A DNA stretch of 64,000 bases from Psammoneis japonica (taxonomy: Eukaryota). The translations under genes were made by a program, and so were the position numbers. Below the pieces are notes generated by a model. It did no database searches, was not told the DNA's origin, and worked only from the letters and a program-made list of their open reading frames with translations. This document shows, piece after piece, positions 10,760-22,133 of the stretch; the stretch's first letter is position 1, and each line of letters begins with the position of its first letter. The stretch lies in the NCBI GenBank assembly GCA_008632985.1, contig QPGO01000136.1, positions 62,001-126,000 on the forward strand, given 5' to 3'.

Positions 10760-12590
10760 GATTTCCCCCCAGTGGCAGTGACCTGGACAACTTTGTCATG
10801 CCCTCCTTCCATCCACCATGTTGTTTTTGCCACGCTGAATGTTGCCATTCATGCCAAATGCAACCAAGAGTGTGGCTCACTTTTCCAAAAGGTGCCTCAA
10901 CACATGGAACAATTTGTCCAAAAGCTTCAATTCCAGTGCTGCATTCCACAGAATCCAGTTGCTGATTTCCACATTTTCAGAGTGCTCCTCATCTGTGAAA
11001 GCCATTTCCCCACATCTTCCAGAGCAGCAGCTCCCCTTTTGCAGGAGTCAACAAGTGCCAGAAAGGCTTGGGCCATTCATTGGCCTTGCAGCCATTTGGC
11101 AGTCACAGCTGCATTTTTGCCTTCCTCCTTTGACAGATTTCCAGCAAAGTCTTTGCCCCACATGCAGCAGTCTTGTCCCCCCCCCCCCCCCCAAAAAAAA
11201 GAGCCACTCTGATGCAGCCACACACCAAGCTCATCAAGAAGAAGTCACTGCCCATGTTCATTTGGAGAGCCCCGCGCAAATGGAGAGTGCTGTGCAGCTG
11301 AGGCAGCACATGCAAAGTCTGTTTAAATTTCATTGTCTTTTCTTTGTTCAATCTGGAGTGTCTGTGGAGGGCACGCCCAGTTGTGCCACACTTGATGACT
11401 GACATTGTGCAGTTTTGACAGAGACGCGTTCCAGCCCTAGGTGGGACTCCTTGTGACATTGGGCCCGTAGAATTCTACGTGCGAGCTCCGTAGTACGAGA
11501 ATTTAATTAATGGATATATTTATCTTCAACATCAAATAAACGGCCAAGTTTGTGGTACAATTATGCCTCTTACCACTCGACGTTTTTGCAACTTCGCCTG
11601 CCCTACGCGATTCTTAAGACATTGTAGAATCGCGCTGTAACAAAAAATGTCAAAAGTTGTTGGACGGATCGCTCAATAAGTGTACCGTAAAATGACACAA
11701 AATATCGAAAAAATCACGTAGAAATCTACGTGCGCGACATACGACGAGACTCAAAAAACTATCGATGTCACAGTTCAGTAGCACGAGGTCCCACCTAGAC
11801 CTGGAACGCGTCCAGAATCTTTTCATTCATCAACACCTCTCCAGCAAGTGCCAAGGCATTCATGGCAAATCCATCTGTTGTCTGTGAGACCATGATCTTC
11901 TCTTGGTTGGTCTTCACATGAAATCAAACATCAACACAATGGCTGTGGTCAATGTGCTCCAGCTTTGGAAACACAGCTTTCATCTCTTGCATCATGCTGC
12001 TCAAATCACATTTGTTTTCCATGAGAATGGCTGCACTGTTGATGCAACCCTGCAAATGCAGTGCCACAGTTGCACTGGCACTGCCCAACAATGGCAGCTT
12101 GCAAAGACTTTGACACACCAGCCAGCACATCATGGGTGGATTTGCTCTCTCCCGAACACTTCCACAGTTGGAATGTCTGGGATGGACCCGCATTTTTCTG
12201 CCCATCATCATGGTGCCAACAACTTGCTGCCAAGAGGGGAAGATGTGCCACTTGGATGAGTGTGCTTCCTCCCAATCCTGCAAAAGTGGTCTCACAATGA
12301 TGGAAAAGGCCATCTGCAGAGAAGTGTTGTTCCATCCACCACTGGCTCCTGTCATTTCTGTGCTGGTTGCAGATGCAAGTGGCAGATTTTGTGGATTTGA
12401 GCAACAGTTGCTCATGCTCAACTCCTGATGAGTGTGATCCAGAAATGTGCCACCTCCTGGGCCATTTGGCAATGAGGATCTGCTCCACCAGCAAACAAAA
12501 GATCGCCACTCATCAATCTGGGGCTTTGTCCCACTCATGAAAAAATTTGCAAGTGTGGTTTCATGATGAGGCAGCATGGCCCCACCCTTC
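10760..12590 (-). pseudogene. Hypermutated duplicate of the HET-like gene at 18757-20809
   Basis: Colinear with ~18940-20470, for example ctgcattccacagaatcca, gagtgtgcttcctcccaatcctgcaaaagtg and ctgatgagtgtgatccagaaatgtg. TA and CG are replaced by TG/CA. Confidence 0.9.
11423..11812. mobile_element. 390-bp MITE with ~25-bp TIRs and a 4-bp TSD (CAGA)
   Basis: Left end GACGCGTTCCAGccCTAGGTGGGAC and right end GTCCCACCTAGacCTGGAACGCGTC. CAGA lies at 11419-11422 and 11813-11816. The flanks rejoin to match the uninterrupted paralog at ~19680-19710. Confidence 0.9.
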
Positions 12591-13719
12591 TGTTTTCCTG
12601 CGGAACATCTTTTTTTGCTGGCAGCAATCCCAATGTTTGTGCACATGCACACAAATGAATGTGGTCCACAGCAATTGATGCAAATGCATTGTGCATTGAT
12701 TTGCATGCAACACATGAACAATTTGCACACACTGTGTCTGACAACCTTGAGAGGATGAAGGGCTCCTCATGTGCACTCACACATGCCTTCAAACATGAGT
12801 GTTTGACTTGCAAAATTTTGCATGGCTTGTGGAAACACAATGACAGTGGTGGCCATGAACACAATGTGCACCATCAACAGCCACAAAATTGCCACAACAC
12901 TGATGTGTTTTGATCGCACGCAATTTGCATCACGTGTGCATGTCTTTGCTGTGCATTGTGAAATCATTTGATCACAGAAAAAAAGCCAAAAAAAACACTC
13001 ACTTCTTTGCCCATTGCTTCTTAACCTCAAAAGTCAACAACTGGCCCATCACACTCTCACATGTTGACTCTCCCATGTGTCACACAGCTCTCAAGATGCA
13101 AGGTGCTGTTGGTTGTTGTGGCTCTTGAGTTGCTGATGCTGTCAAGAAAGCAGTGACCACAGAGTCACTGCAGTGTTGCTGACATGGTTCAGTGGCTTCC
13201 ATCTGCAGCATTTCTGCAGCGAGGTTGTGCTGAAGAAGCTGTGTCGTGCTTGTTGATTTGGCAAGTGCTGTGTCGCTTTGCTTGTCACAGCAGCATGCCC
13301 GCCATTCTCAGTGGTGGGGTTGGCAGCAAAAAAAAATTGTGGTTTGGCAAAAAATGTGAATGAGCTGAGTGTTGTTCTTTCTTCCCCATTCTTCAACTTG
13401 CCATCATTGTGTTGGACCCTCTCATTTGAGAAGCGGTCAAAATGGCCGCCCAGCTGCTCTCTGGAACACTGGCATTCTCTTGTCATCACAGCACCAATCA
13501 TCACCCCAAGAACCTTTTTTTCTGACGCAGAGTGCACCATCAAGCATGGTGTCAATGTTGCCATTGTGAAGGGCTCATCTTTCAGGAGCACACTGACAAG
13601 GTTGCTCAACTTGGCTCAGAGCCAGTCCATCTTGTGCTGCTGCCTGAGCTGTGCACATGTTGTTGATGCTCCCCTCTGTTTCTTCTCTTGTAAAAGTGAC
13701 AAACAGCAACTCTTGTGAC

Positions 13720-14210
13720 AACATTGAGCACATGAGATTAGAATGAGAACCTGATGCTGAGAAAAAAGGAAAATGAGAGAAGAATTTTTTATGCTGGAGA
13801 TCCGCAAGTTCAAAGTGCGTGGGGTGGCAGATGGACCAAATGACATCTGATTGTGGTTTGGCACATGTGCTTCAAAATGTCCAAAAGATGCTCTGTGTGC
13901 ATGAACAATCATGCATTAAGACAATTGGTTGATCTGTCCCTCAAGGTCCATGCCATCACCATCACAAGAACGCAACACCACAGGCTCTGGCAATGCAACC
14001 GCCTGCGCTGCCAACTGCCAATGCCCAATGCAAGACAAGACGCAATGCATGCTTTGCTGCTGTTTTGACTCTGCACACAATGGATCCCTTCTCACCAGCA
14101 TGTGTGGGATTGGGTGTGGCATGGGCCACCACCATGGTGCTGCATGGTGTCAAGCACAAATCCGTTTCCAACAGTGGCACGATTGCGGCCTGGATGGTGG
14201 GCTTTCTCAA
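13720..14210 (+). pseudogene. Hypermutated duplicate of the HET-TMEM19 intergenic region plus TMEM19 5' coding sequence (truncated)
   Basis: Matches ~20865-21380. MDPFSPACVGLGVAWATTMVLHGVKHKSVSNSGTIAAWMVGFL here versus MDPFSPTCIGLGVVCATTMVLRGVKRKSLSNSGAIAAWMVGFL in the intact gene. Confidence 0.92.
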
Positions 14211-14269
14211 CACTGCCACCAGATCTAGCACAGGTTGCAAGTGATGAAAGAGAAACTGAAAATTGGCAC

Positions 14270-15900
14270 AAACCAAGCCAACAAGGAGATCAAGATGGAT
14301 GAGATCATTCTTGACAATGGCTCCAGCAAAGATCAAGCTTGATCTGTCCATGAGTGCTGGAGCAGACCTGCTGCACAAAGATTGTGCCATGCCAGGATGG
14401 GGTGATGCAAAGCTTGCGTCAGAGAATGCTGCAGCAAGCATCCTCAATTTGAAGGATGTGAAGAGCAAGTGCTGCACTGCGTGCAACAACCAAGTGGTGG
14501 ATGAATTTTGACCGCTGGACAAGAAGTCTGGCAAGCACACCACAGTGTTTGCTTTTGCACTGAGCCAGCAATTCTTTGTGCCAGAGAACTCCTAGAAAAA
14601 GAGCTGCATGTGACCAACACACACATGTGGGTTTTCAAGACAATGGCCACATCACAAGAGGCATCAAAATGACTTTCATTTTGTGGGGAATGTGCAGAGA
14701 CAACCTGCATGATGCTGATTGGACTGCAGGAGTGGACAATGAAGAAACCAAAAACAAAAGTCACAACAAAAAAAGAACAAAAATGACCCAAAAGATCAAG
14801 ACTGCAAAGACAAGAAGACTCAGTTGAAAAGTGCAAAGAAGCAAACAAAGGTCCAGCCCCAATCACCAGCATGAGAACACTCAAATTGAGGACAAACATG
14901 AAAACAACAAAATGATGCAGAACAACTGGACAAGCACAGCAATGAATCAGAAGAAAAGAAGAAAAAATGGGCAGGTGAGAATCTGGAGGAACATGCACAA
15001 AAAGCACCTGAAAGAATGGCTGGAAGTGGCAAATCCTTCAGCACTGCAGGACACCTCCAGTTGAAAGAGAACAGAGAATGAGAGAAGAAAGTTCAACAAT
15101 CTGCAGCAGTGGAAGACACTGAAAAAAATGAGAATGAGCAGACAAGACTCAAGCACTGTCACCACTCACAAATGAATGCACACCCAATCCAGAGGATGAC
15201 ATTGAGTGCAATGCAGACACAACAACAGTGGTGGCACAATTCATGTGCAAGATTGCTGAACAACTTCAGTCAGGAAAGGGGGCTCATTTTGCAATGGAAA
15301 ACCAACAAGGAAATGGCAGGACAAGGACAATTCAGCCAGCCTGATGGCATCATCAGAAGGAGTGCCAATGATGGCCATTGTTGACACTGTGGAAGAGCAC
15401 CAACATGTGATGAGGTGCTGGAGCACCAAGCACATTCAGTCAGACCTTAATCCCAGAGCCCAAAAGGAGGGTGAAGACTGGATCATGATGAAGATTGCAG
15501 AGGAGGGCAGCTTGAACTCTGATGCATGTGCACAAAAAAGATCCCTGCAACCAGAGGCACACAGATGCCATGAACCACAGGTTCAGCCAGTCACAAGCCA
15601 CTGCTGCAGTGATTTGCACCTTCCTTGAGACATTTCCAGCCATGAGCAAAAGTGTGACATGCCACATGACACAATTAATCAGAGGTGACTGTGGGACCGC
15701 TGAGAAGAACACAAGAGATTCAATGAAATGACAGAGGCAGCAAAATTTAAATGCTGGCTCAACCATTCAATGGGCATGATGTCAGAGACAGTCTGGTGGC
15801 TTGACAGCATCAACCAGAGCAGGACCCTGATGGGAGATGACCCATTCCTCTGATGCAATGTCCCAGACTTGCACCAGCTGACACCATGTGGAGAAACCTG
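14270..15900 (+). mobile_element. Degenerate Ty1/copia (diatom CoDi-like) pol remnant: protease region and partial integrase
   Basis: IILDNGSS aspartic-protease motif. PGWG...AAASILNLKDVKSKCCTACNNQVVDEF resembles CoDi 'PG.G...AIANI..L.D....R.TYD....D.F' with Y/R->C changes. Later AEKNTR..K and MMSETVWWLDSI are integrase-like. No LTR recognised. Confidence 0.6.
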
Positions 15901-16992
15901 TGACGACTCAACCATTCCCAAAGAACATGCACAAAAAAAAACAAACCTGAATTTTAAGTGCTGTCACTCCTTTGCCAGCTGGGCCGGTGCCGGCTGACCC
16001 ACACTTCCAGCACACCATCAAGTGTGGCAAAAGAAAAAGAACATGTGCAGTGCAACAAGTGGAATGAAAGGCACCACTTGATGGGAAAAGTGCGTGCGAT
16101 GATCAGGGCATGAAGCCCTGATGTGTGCAAACATGTTTCTACCACCACGCCAATGCTGTCCATTCATGATGACCTGAAAGCACTGAATGAGATCAAGAGA
16201 CATGGAGTGGAGGCATGAAAAACCAAGGAATGTTGGCAAGCTGCTGGATGTCAACTGTGGAGCCACAGGCAGCTGTGTTGTCAATGGATTGGTGATGGCA
16301 GAAAGTGCCCAGAAAGTGGGGAAGTCACTGGATCAGCGGGCAACAAGCTGAAGTTGGCCCCAAATGAGAGTGCCATCAAGTGTGCCATCAAGTGTTTGTC
16401 AAGACCATGTTGATGGCTGGTTGTTGTCCTGCTTGTGGCATGGACACATTTGGGGTTTGTGGGCCTCTTGTGTGCATCAACCACAGCCACCTTCACAAAG
16501 ATGAGTGGTCCCATCACGGGCTCATTTGAGAGACTGATGGTGGCATTTGCAATGGGGAGAAGCTTGCATCTTTCTTCCACCATGATGCCAACAGGGAGAG
16601 TTGCCAGACCAGGTGGGCTTGTCAAAAGACAGAGTTCCTTGATTTGACTCTGGAGAAGATCAATGGTGGTTGGATCATGGACCTGATTGTTGGTCTGCGC
16701 ATTTGAGATCACAAGAGAGAGGGCTCATTGGCTGCACTTGTGTGGAGCATTTTGTGGAATGCACTCAAGACATTGCATGTTTGTTTGATGCCATGATCAG
16801 CTGCTCTGAGAAGGGACAGCATGCCAGCCTGCACATCTGTGATGCACAGGATGTTGATGTTGAAGCACAGGTGTTTCTGGCAACAAGAATGCAGTGGTTG
16901 TTCCTGAAGGAGAACCTTTCCCTGGTTGCCATTAATCTGGTGATGCCATTGATGCAAACAGCAGGAGTGTGTTGGAACACTTGGAACACAAG

Positions 16993-17706
16993 GATCAATG
17001 GGGTCAACAAGGGCCCACACCAGTTGACAAAAAGACATTTGACTTCTGACATGGCTTGCTTTGCAACTCATTGTTAGAAAAGTCACACCATCAAAATTCT
17101 CTCACCTTTGTTTTGTTCTTGCTCCTTGGAGTGAATCATTTGGTTTGCACAACTTGTCTTTCAGCATCAGCAGGCGCATGTCTTTTTTTTTATTTCACGA
17201 GCTCAAATTTGCACACAAGATTTTGGTCCACTTCAATCCCCATTGCATTGTGCTGGTCACAAGATTTTGTCCACTTCAATCCTCATTGTGTGATGTTGGT
17301 CACCGGCTCTTTCCTGGATGACATGAGAAGCAATTTTTGACAATGCTGGCCGGCACTCACCATCATCATCTCAAGAGTTGTTGGGCAGTGAGCAGGCTTT
17401 TGGTGGTGGTGCACACAAAACACACAACACATGGGAGCTTTCCAGTGCAAGAGCTGCAGCACTCACAGCCCTCATCTTTGCCACTCAGCTGTTGGTGCAC
17501 ACAGACAACAGGGTTGATCAATGGGATCAACAAGGACCCACATCAGCTGACAAAAAACATTTGACTTCTCTGATGTGGCTTGCTGCATGACTTGTTGTGC
17601 TGAGAAAAGCCACGCTGTTGTCATTCTCTCACTTGTGTTTTGTTCTCACTCTTTGGAGTGAGTCATTTGGTTTGCAGGATTTGTCTTTCATCATCAGCAG
17701 GTGCAC
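16993..17706 (+). repeat. Two diverged ~190-bp direct repeats (16993-17180 and 17516-17706)
   Basis: gatcaatggg.tcaacaagg.cccaca.cag.tgacaaaa..acatttgacttct ... ttggagtga.tcatttggtttgca occurs twice. Confidence 0.75.
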
Positions 17707-18756
17707 ATCACATCATCACTTTGGTGCCACAGGCAACCCACAGCCACTGCAGACTGCCAAGGCAAGTGTGACACGCAGCACAAGAAGCCCAAACTGACTC
17801 CTTTTTGGTGACATTGACTTGCTGGTTCAATGCTGTGCACATTTCTTGGCTCGGCATGCCCCCAGAGCAGGAGGGAGAGGTGCAGCCACACCAACAGTGA
17901 TGCACCAACAGAGCTTTTTTTGTCCTGCTGCATGAGGAAAAGATTGGCTTGCCCACACTTGCAACAAAAGAAACACATTCTGTGCCTGGCAGGAGCCAGC
18001 AAGACTTTTGTGCAGTTTTGATTGTTGGTCAAACACTCTGACACAACAGCATCAACAAATTGTGTGTTGATGCTTTTTTCCCAAGCAAATGCACATGTGT
18101 TGCACACAGTGAGAAACAAGGCTGAAGCAAAGCACAGCAGCAAACACAGCCAAAATTTTGTGTCTTTCAAACAGAGGAAAGCCATTGAGAACAGAGGATG
18201 ACAGGAAGAAAGAGGAAAGGGAAGGCAGGACATCTTAAAAACACATGGGACCAGGTGCATGCCAGCAGCAGCACCATGCTCTGTGTCTGTTGGCACCAGC
18301 GGCTCTCATTTTTAGGTTTTGTTTTGTGGAAAATGAGACCTTTTGTCGTCTGAGCTGAGCACTGCCACTGTTCTTGGCAAAATTGGGCAGTGGTGCCAAT
18401 GCACAGCACAATGCCATGCTCTAACATCTTGACAAGTCCAACAGTTGTGGCAGCTCTCTTGTCCAAGCATGTTGCTGAGAACTTGAGCAGGAGGCTGTGC
18501 ACCCCTTGAAAAGTGCATGGTTTCTCATGTGATGATCAGCCCTTGTGCTCAACATTCATTGGCACAACTGACACTTTCTGCACTGGAGAGAAATGCAAGG
18601 ATGCTCCACCATTCTCTCACAACATGAACACTGGTGCTGCTTCCATTCCCATTGTGGACCTGCTGCAATGTGATGATGACTGCTCTAATTTATTTCTGTG
18701 CATCAGGATCATCTCATGAGAGTCCAAGCTCTTCCAGCAACTTGTTCACTGTTTGT

Positions 18757-20809
18757 TCAGAAAGGAAACTGTCCTGAGTTCATCGATGATGTACACTGCA
18801 ATCGTTTCCCGCCAGGCATGACTTTTCGTGTTGGCCAAGTGTGACATTGCCTCAGTTCCCTGAGACCTTGTAATGCACGGTCCATGGCAGGCACAACATG
18901 ATTTGTCTTGGTGGAATGTTTGTCGCCTGTGACAGCAACCTGGACGACTTGAGCAACTCCATCATCGATTTGCCTGTGCCCTCCTTCCATCCAGAGCTTG
19001 GAGGCTGCAAGACGGAGCCTGTTCCAGATGTCCAAATCCACCGTCACGCTATTGCCTTTCAAACTTGCTAGCACCATGGAGAGCCACATATGAACGTCAT
19101 CATACATGCCAAACGCAACCAAGAGTCGCTCACCTTTCCGGAAGGTGTCCCAATACACGGAAAGATTTGTCCAAAAGCTCCCATTCTGACAAACTGCATT
19201 CCACAGAATCCAACTAATGACTTCTGCATTGTCAGAGTGTTTTTCGTCCGTGAAAGCCATTTCCATGTCCTCCAGAACATCAGCTCCCCTTTTGCGAGGG
19301 TCGACAAGCGCCACAAAGGCTTGTGCCATTCGTCGGCCTCGTAGCCATTCGGCAGTCGCAATTGCATTTTTGCCTTCCTCTTCCAACAGTTTTCCAGCAA
19401 AGTCTTGGTCCAACATGCAGCAGTCCTTCCCTCCCCAAAGAGCCACTCTGATACACACCAAGCTCGTCGAAAATAAGTTTTGTCCGTGTTCATCGAGAGA
19501 GTCCCATGAAGAGAGTGCTGCAACTGAGGAAGTACACGTAGAGTCTGTCGAAATCTCATCAATTCCTCTTCTGTTCGATCTGGCGGTGTCTGTGGAAGGC
19601 ACGCATAATCGTACCACAGCCAAATACGTTGACAAATTTTGTCGGCAATTTTCCGTCTCCATCCTAACAGTGCTTGCTGGCTAACATTATATGGTTTCGA
19701 TGGAATCTTTTCATCCATCAATACCTCTCCAGCAAGTGCCAAAATATTCATAGTCAATCTACCTGTCATTTTTGAGACCATAATCTTCTCTTGATTGGTC
19801 TTCAGATGGAATCGAACATCGATAATATGATCGACGCACTCCAGTTTCGGAAAGATAGCTTTCATCTCTCGCATCGCTTTATTCAAATCAAATTTGTTTT
19901 CCATGAGAACGATTGCACTATCGATGCAATCCTGCAACAGTTGCCACAAACAGGCATTCATACTAAGCCAATCTCCCGGTAATGCCGGTTGCATCGGTGC
20001 TGCCCAACGATGGCTTATAAACACTTTAACGCCATCACTGGCAGAATTGCTCCCGAACACTTCCGCAATTGGAATATCTGGGACGGTCCCATACTTTTTC
20101 GGTCCATCGTGGCGCCAACGAATCGCCACCGAAAGGGGAAGATACGTCACGCGGAGTGTGCTTCCTCCCAATCCTGCAAAAGTGAACTCGTGGTGGAAAA
20201 GGCGATCTGCGGAAGCATCGTCCGTCCATCATTAGCTGTCATTTCTACGTTGGTTGTAGATGCGAATGGCGGACTTTGTGGATTTGAATAAAAATCATCC
20301 ATGTTCAATTCCTGATGAGTGTGATCCAGAAATGTGACGGGACATTTCGCAACGAGGACGTGTTCCACCAGCAAATACAAAATCGCCGCTCGTCGATCTG
20401 GATCTTCACCGTACTCGCCGTACCATTCAAAAACTTCACGAAATATGGTTTCATAACGAGGCAAGGTAAAATTGCTTTCCTCTTCCTCAACGTCGCCTCC
20501 TTTGTCGTCTTCTCCACTTTTGTCGCGAACACCAGCTCGAAGAACAGTGGTACTGTTGCTATTCCTCCTCTCCTTAAATTTGTCGCTGTGTTGGATCCAT
20601 TCGTTTAAGAAATTGGTACAAATCGAAATCACCGTCCAATTCTCCGGAAGATCGGCATCATCATCACTACACCAATCATCATCATAAGAACCTTCTGTTT
20701 CTCTGATGCGGAAGATGTCATCAAACAAGGCGTCAACATCACCATCATGAAAGGCATCTTTCGGGAGTGTATTGACAAGATTGTTCAACTCGGTTCGGAG
20801 CCAATCCAT
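18757..20809 (-). CDS. HET-domain-like protein, split across ORFs by frameshift/intron
   Basis: Motifs FISHRW, WLWYDYACLPQ and YFRRAWCVSE in ORF 19068-20171. Acidic N-terminal ORF at 20147-20809. The C-terminal end is uncertain. Confidence 0.62.
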
Positions 20810-21251
20810 CGTATACTAAACTACGCATTATGATGACCGTTGTTCTGAGTCAAAGAGACAAACAATAACAACAATGAGAGCACGAGATCAGAATGAGAAA
20901 CTGATGATGTGCTGGGAAATAAAGGAGATGAAAGAAGAATCATACAGTTATGATCAGAATTTTGGAATTTTGTAATTTTGTAATTTTGTGCGTGGGAGAA
21001 TCCGTTTTTTTTTCCCAAGCGGTCGACAGACGATCCAAATGAAGTCTGATTGTGATTCGGCATATGTGCTTCAAAAGATCCAAAGAAACGCTATATTTAT
21101 CAATATTAATACATGAATATTGATAATTCGATATCGCACCTTGTGCTTCCAAAAAAAAAAAAAGAAAGGATACTTAGACTACTCTTATTATTAGTAAGAG
21201 TAAGACGCAACATATTTTTATCTCTGTTGCTGCTGTTCGACTCTGTACACA

Positions 21252-22133
21252 ATGGATCCCTTCTCACCAACATGTATAGGATTGGGTGTGGTGTGTGCCA
21301 CCACCATGGTGTTGCGTGGTGTCAAGCGCAAATCCCTTTCCAACAGCGGCGCGATTGCCGCCTGGATGGTGGGCTTTCTCATTGTGTCTTGTGGCTTGCG
21401 AGGATTTGTCTTGGTGGCTTTTTATTTGGTCGGAACCAAGGCTACCAAATACCACAAGCTTGAAAAACAAAAAATAGATGCGTCGGCCTTGGAAGGATCG
21501 ATACGAGACGCTCATCAAGTCTTGGCGAGTAGTATTTTGGCTGTCGCGTGCAGTCTGTTGCACGCGTGGTTGTGTGGTGAAGAAAAGCCAATCGATTTTG
21601 ATAAACACCCGGTAGCTTCGTCTTTGAGCTGTGCTGTACTGTCGCATCACGCCACTTGCTTGGCGGATACTCTGGCATCAGAAATGGGTATATTGTCAAA
21701 GCAGCAACCCGTATTGGTGACGAAGCCTTGGAAACACGTGCCGCCGGGAACCAACGGGGGTGTTACAGTCAGTGGTACTCTGTGGAGTGCGTTTGGCGGT
21801 GCACTCATGGCAATCTGTACCATATTTCTGGATTTTATATCTGGTTTGCATCCTTTGCAACCAACGCCCGTGATCCTGTTTGGTACGCTTTGTGGCCTGT
21901 TGGGCTCGCTGTTGGATTCCGTTATCGGTGCAACCTTGCAAGCGTCGTATTATGATCCTGATACGAAATTGGCGTACCAAGCCGAGGACATCAACCACAA
22001 GCTTCCGCTCTCTGCCAAGCACATTTCTGGAGTCAACGTTTTAACAAACGCACAAGTCAATCTCGTCAGTGTTGGCCTTACCATTGTCCTCAGCGGTTGG
22101 GTGCTTGGTCCATTTTTGTTTTCCTTCTTTTAG
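21252..22133 (+). CDS. TMEM19: TMEM19 / DUF92 integral membrane protein
   Basis: Multi-TM protein with R...QVLA, ADTLASEMG, VPPGTNGGVT..GT, GSLLDS.IGATLQ and LTN.QVN. Confidence 0.92.
   Translation: MDPFSPTCIGLGVVCATTMVLRGVKRKSLSNSGAIAAWMVGFLIVSCGLRGFVLVAFYLVGTKATKYHKLEKQKIDASALEGSIRDAHQVLASSILAVACSLLHAWLCGEEKPIDFDKHPVASSLSCAVLSHHATCLADTLASEMGILSKQQPVLVTKPWKHVPPGTNGGVTVSGTLWSAFGGALMAICTIFLDFISGLHPLQPTPVILFGTLCGLLGSLLDSVIGATLQASYYDPDTKLAYQAEDINHKLPLSAKHISGVNVLTNAQVNLVSVGLTIVLSGWVLGPFLFSFF

Larger units (their letters stand above)
10190..18780. other. TpA/CpG-depleted hypermutated block 1 (degenerate duplicates and TE remnants)
   Basis: TA and CG are nearly absent and TG/CA are abundant. ORFs are rich in C/H/M/W and essentially lack Tyr. 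Interrupted only by the unmutated MITE at 11423-11812. Confidence 0.9.

Noticed and set aside
10200..18750. Dense overlapping Cys/His/Met/Trp-rich ORFs in all six frames (also 22.8-24.3, 39.7-45 and 59.4-64 kb)
   Set aside because: They are a by-product of TA depletion, which removes TAA/TAG stops and Tyr codons. They are not credible genes or metal-binding proteins.
10190..18780. Classical fungal RIP, or a foreign/viral insert with different composition
   Set aside because: RIP would raise TpA, not remove it. The block contains recognisable copies of adjacent host genes, so the composition was acquired in place.
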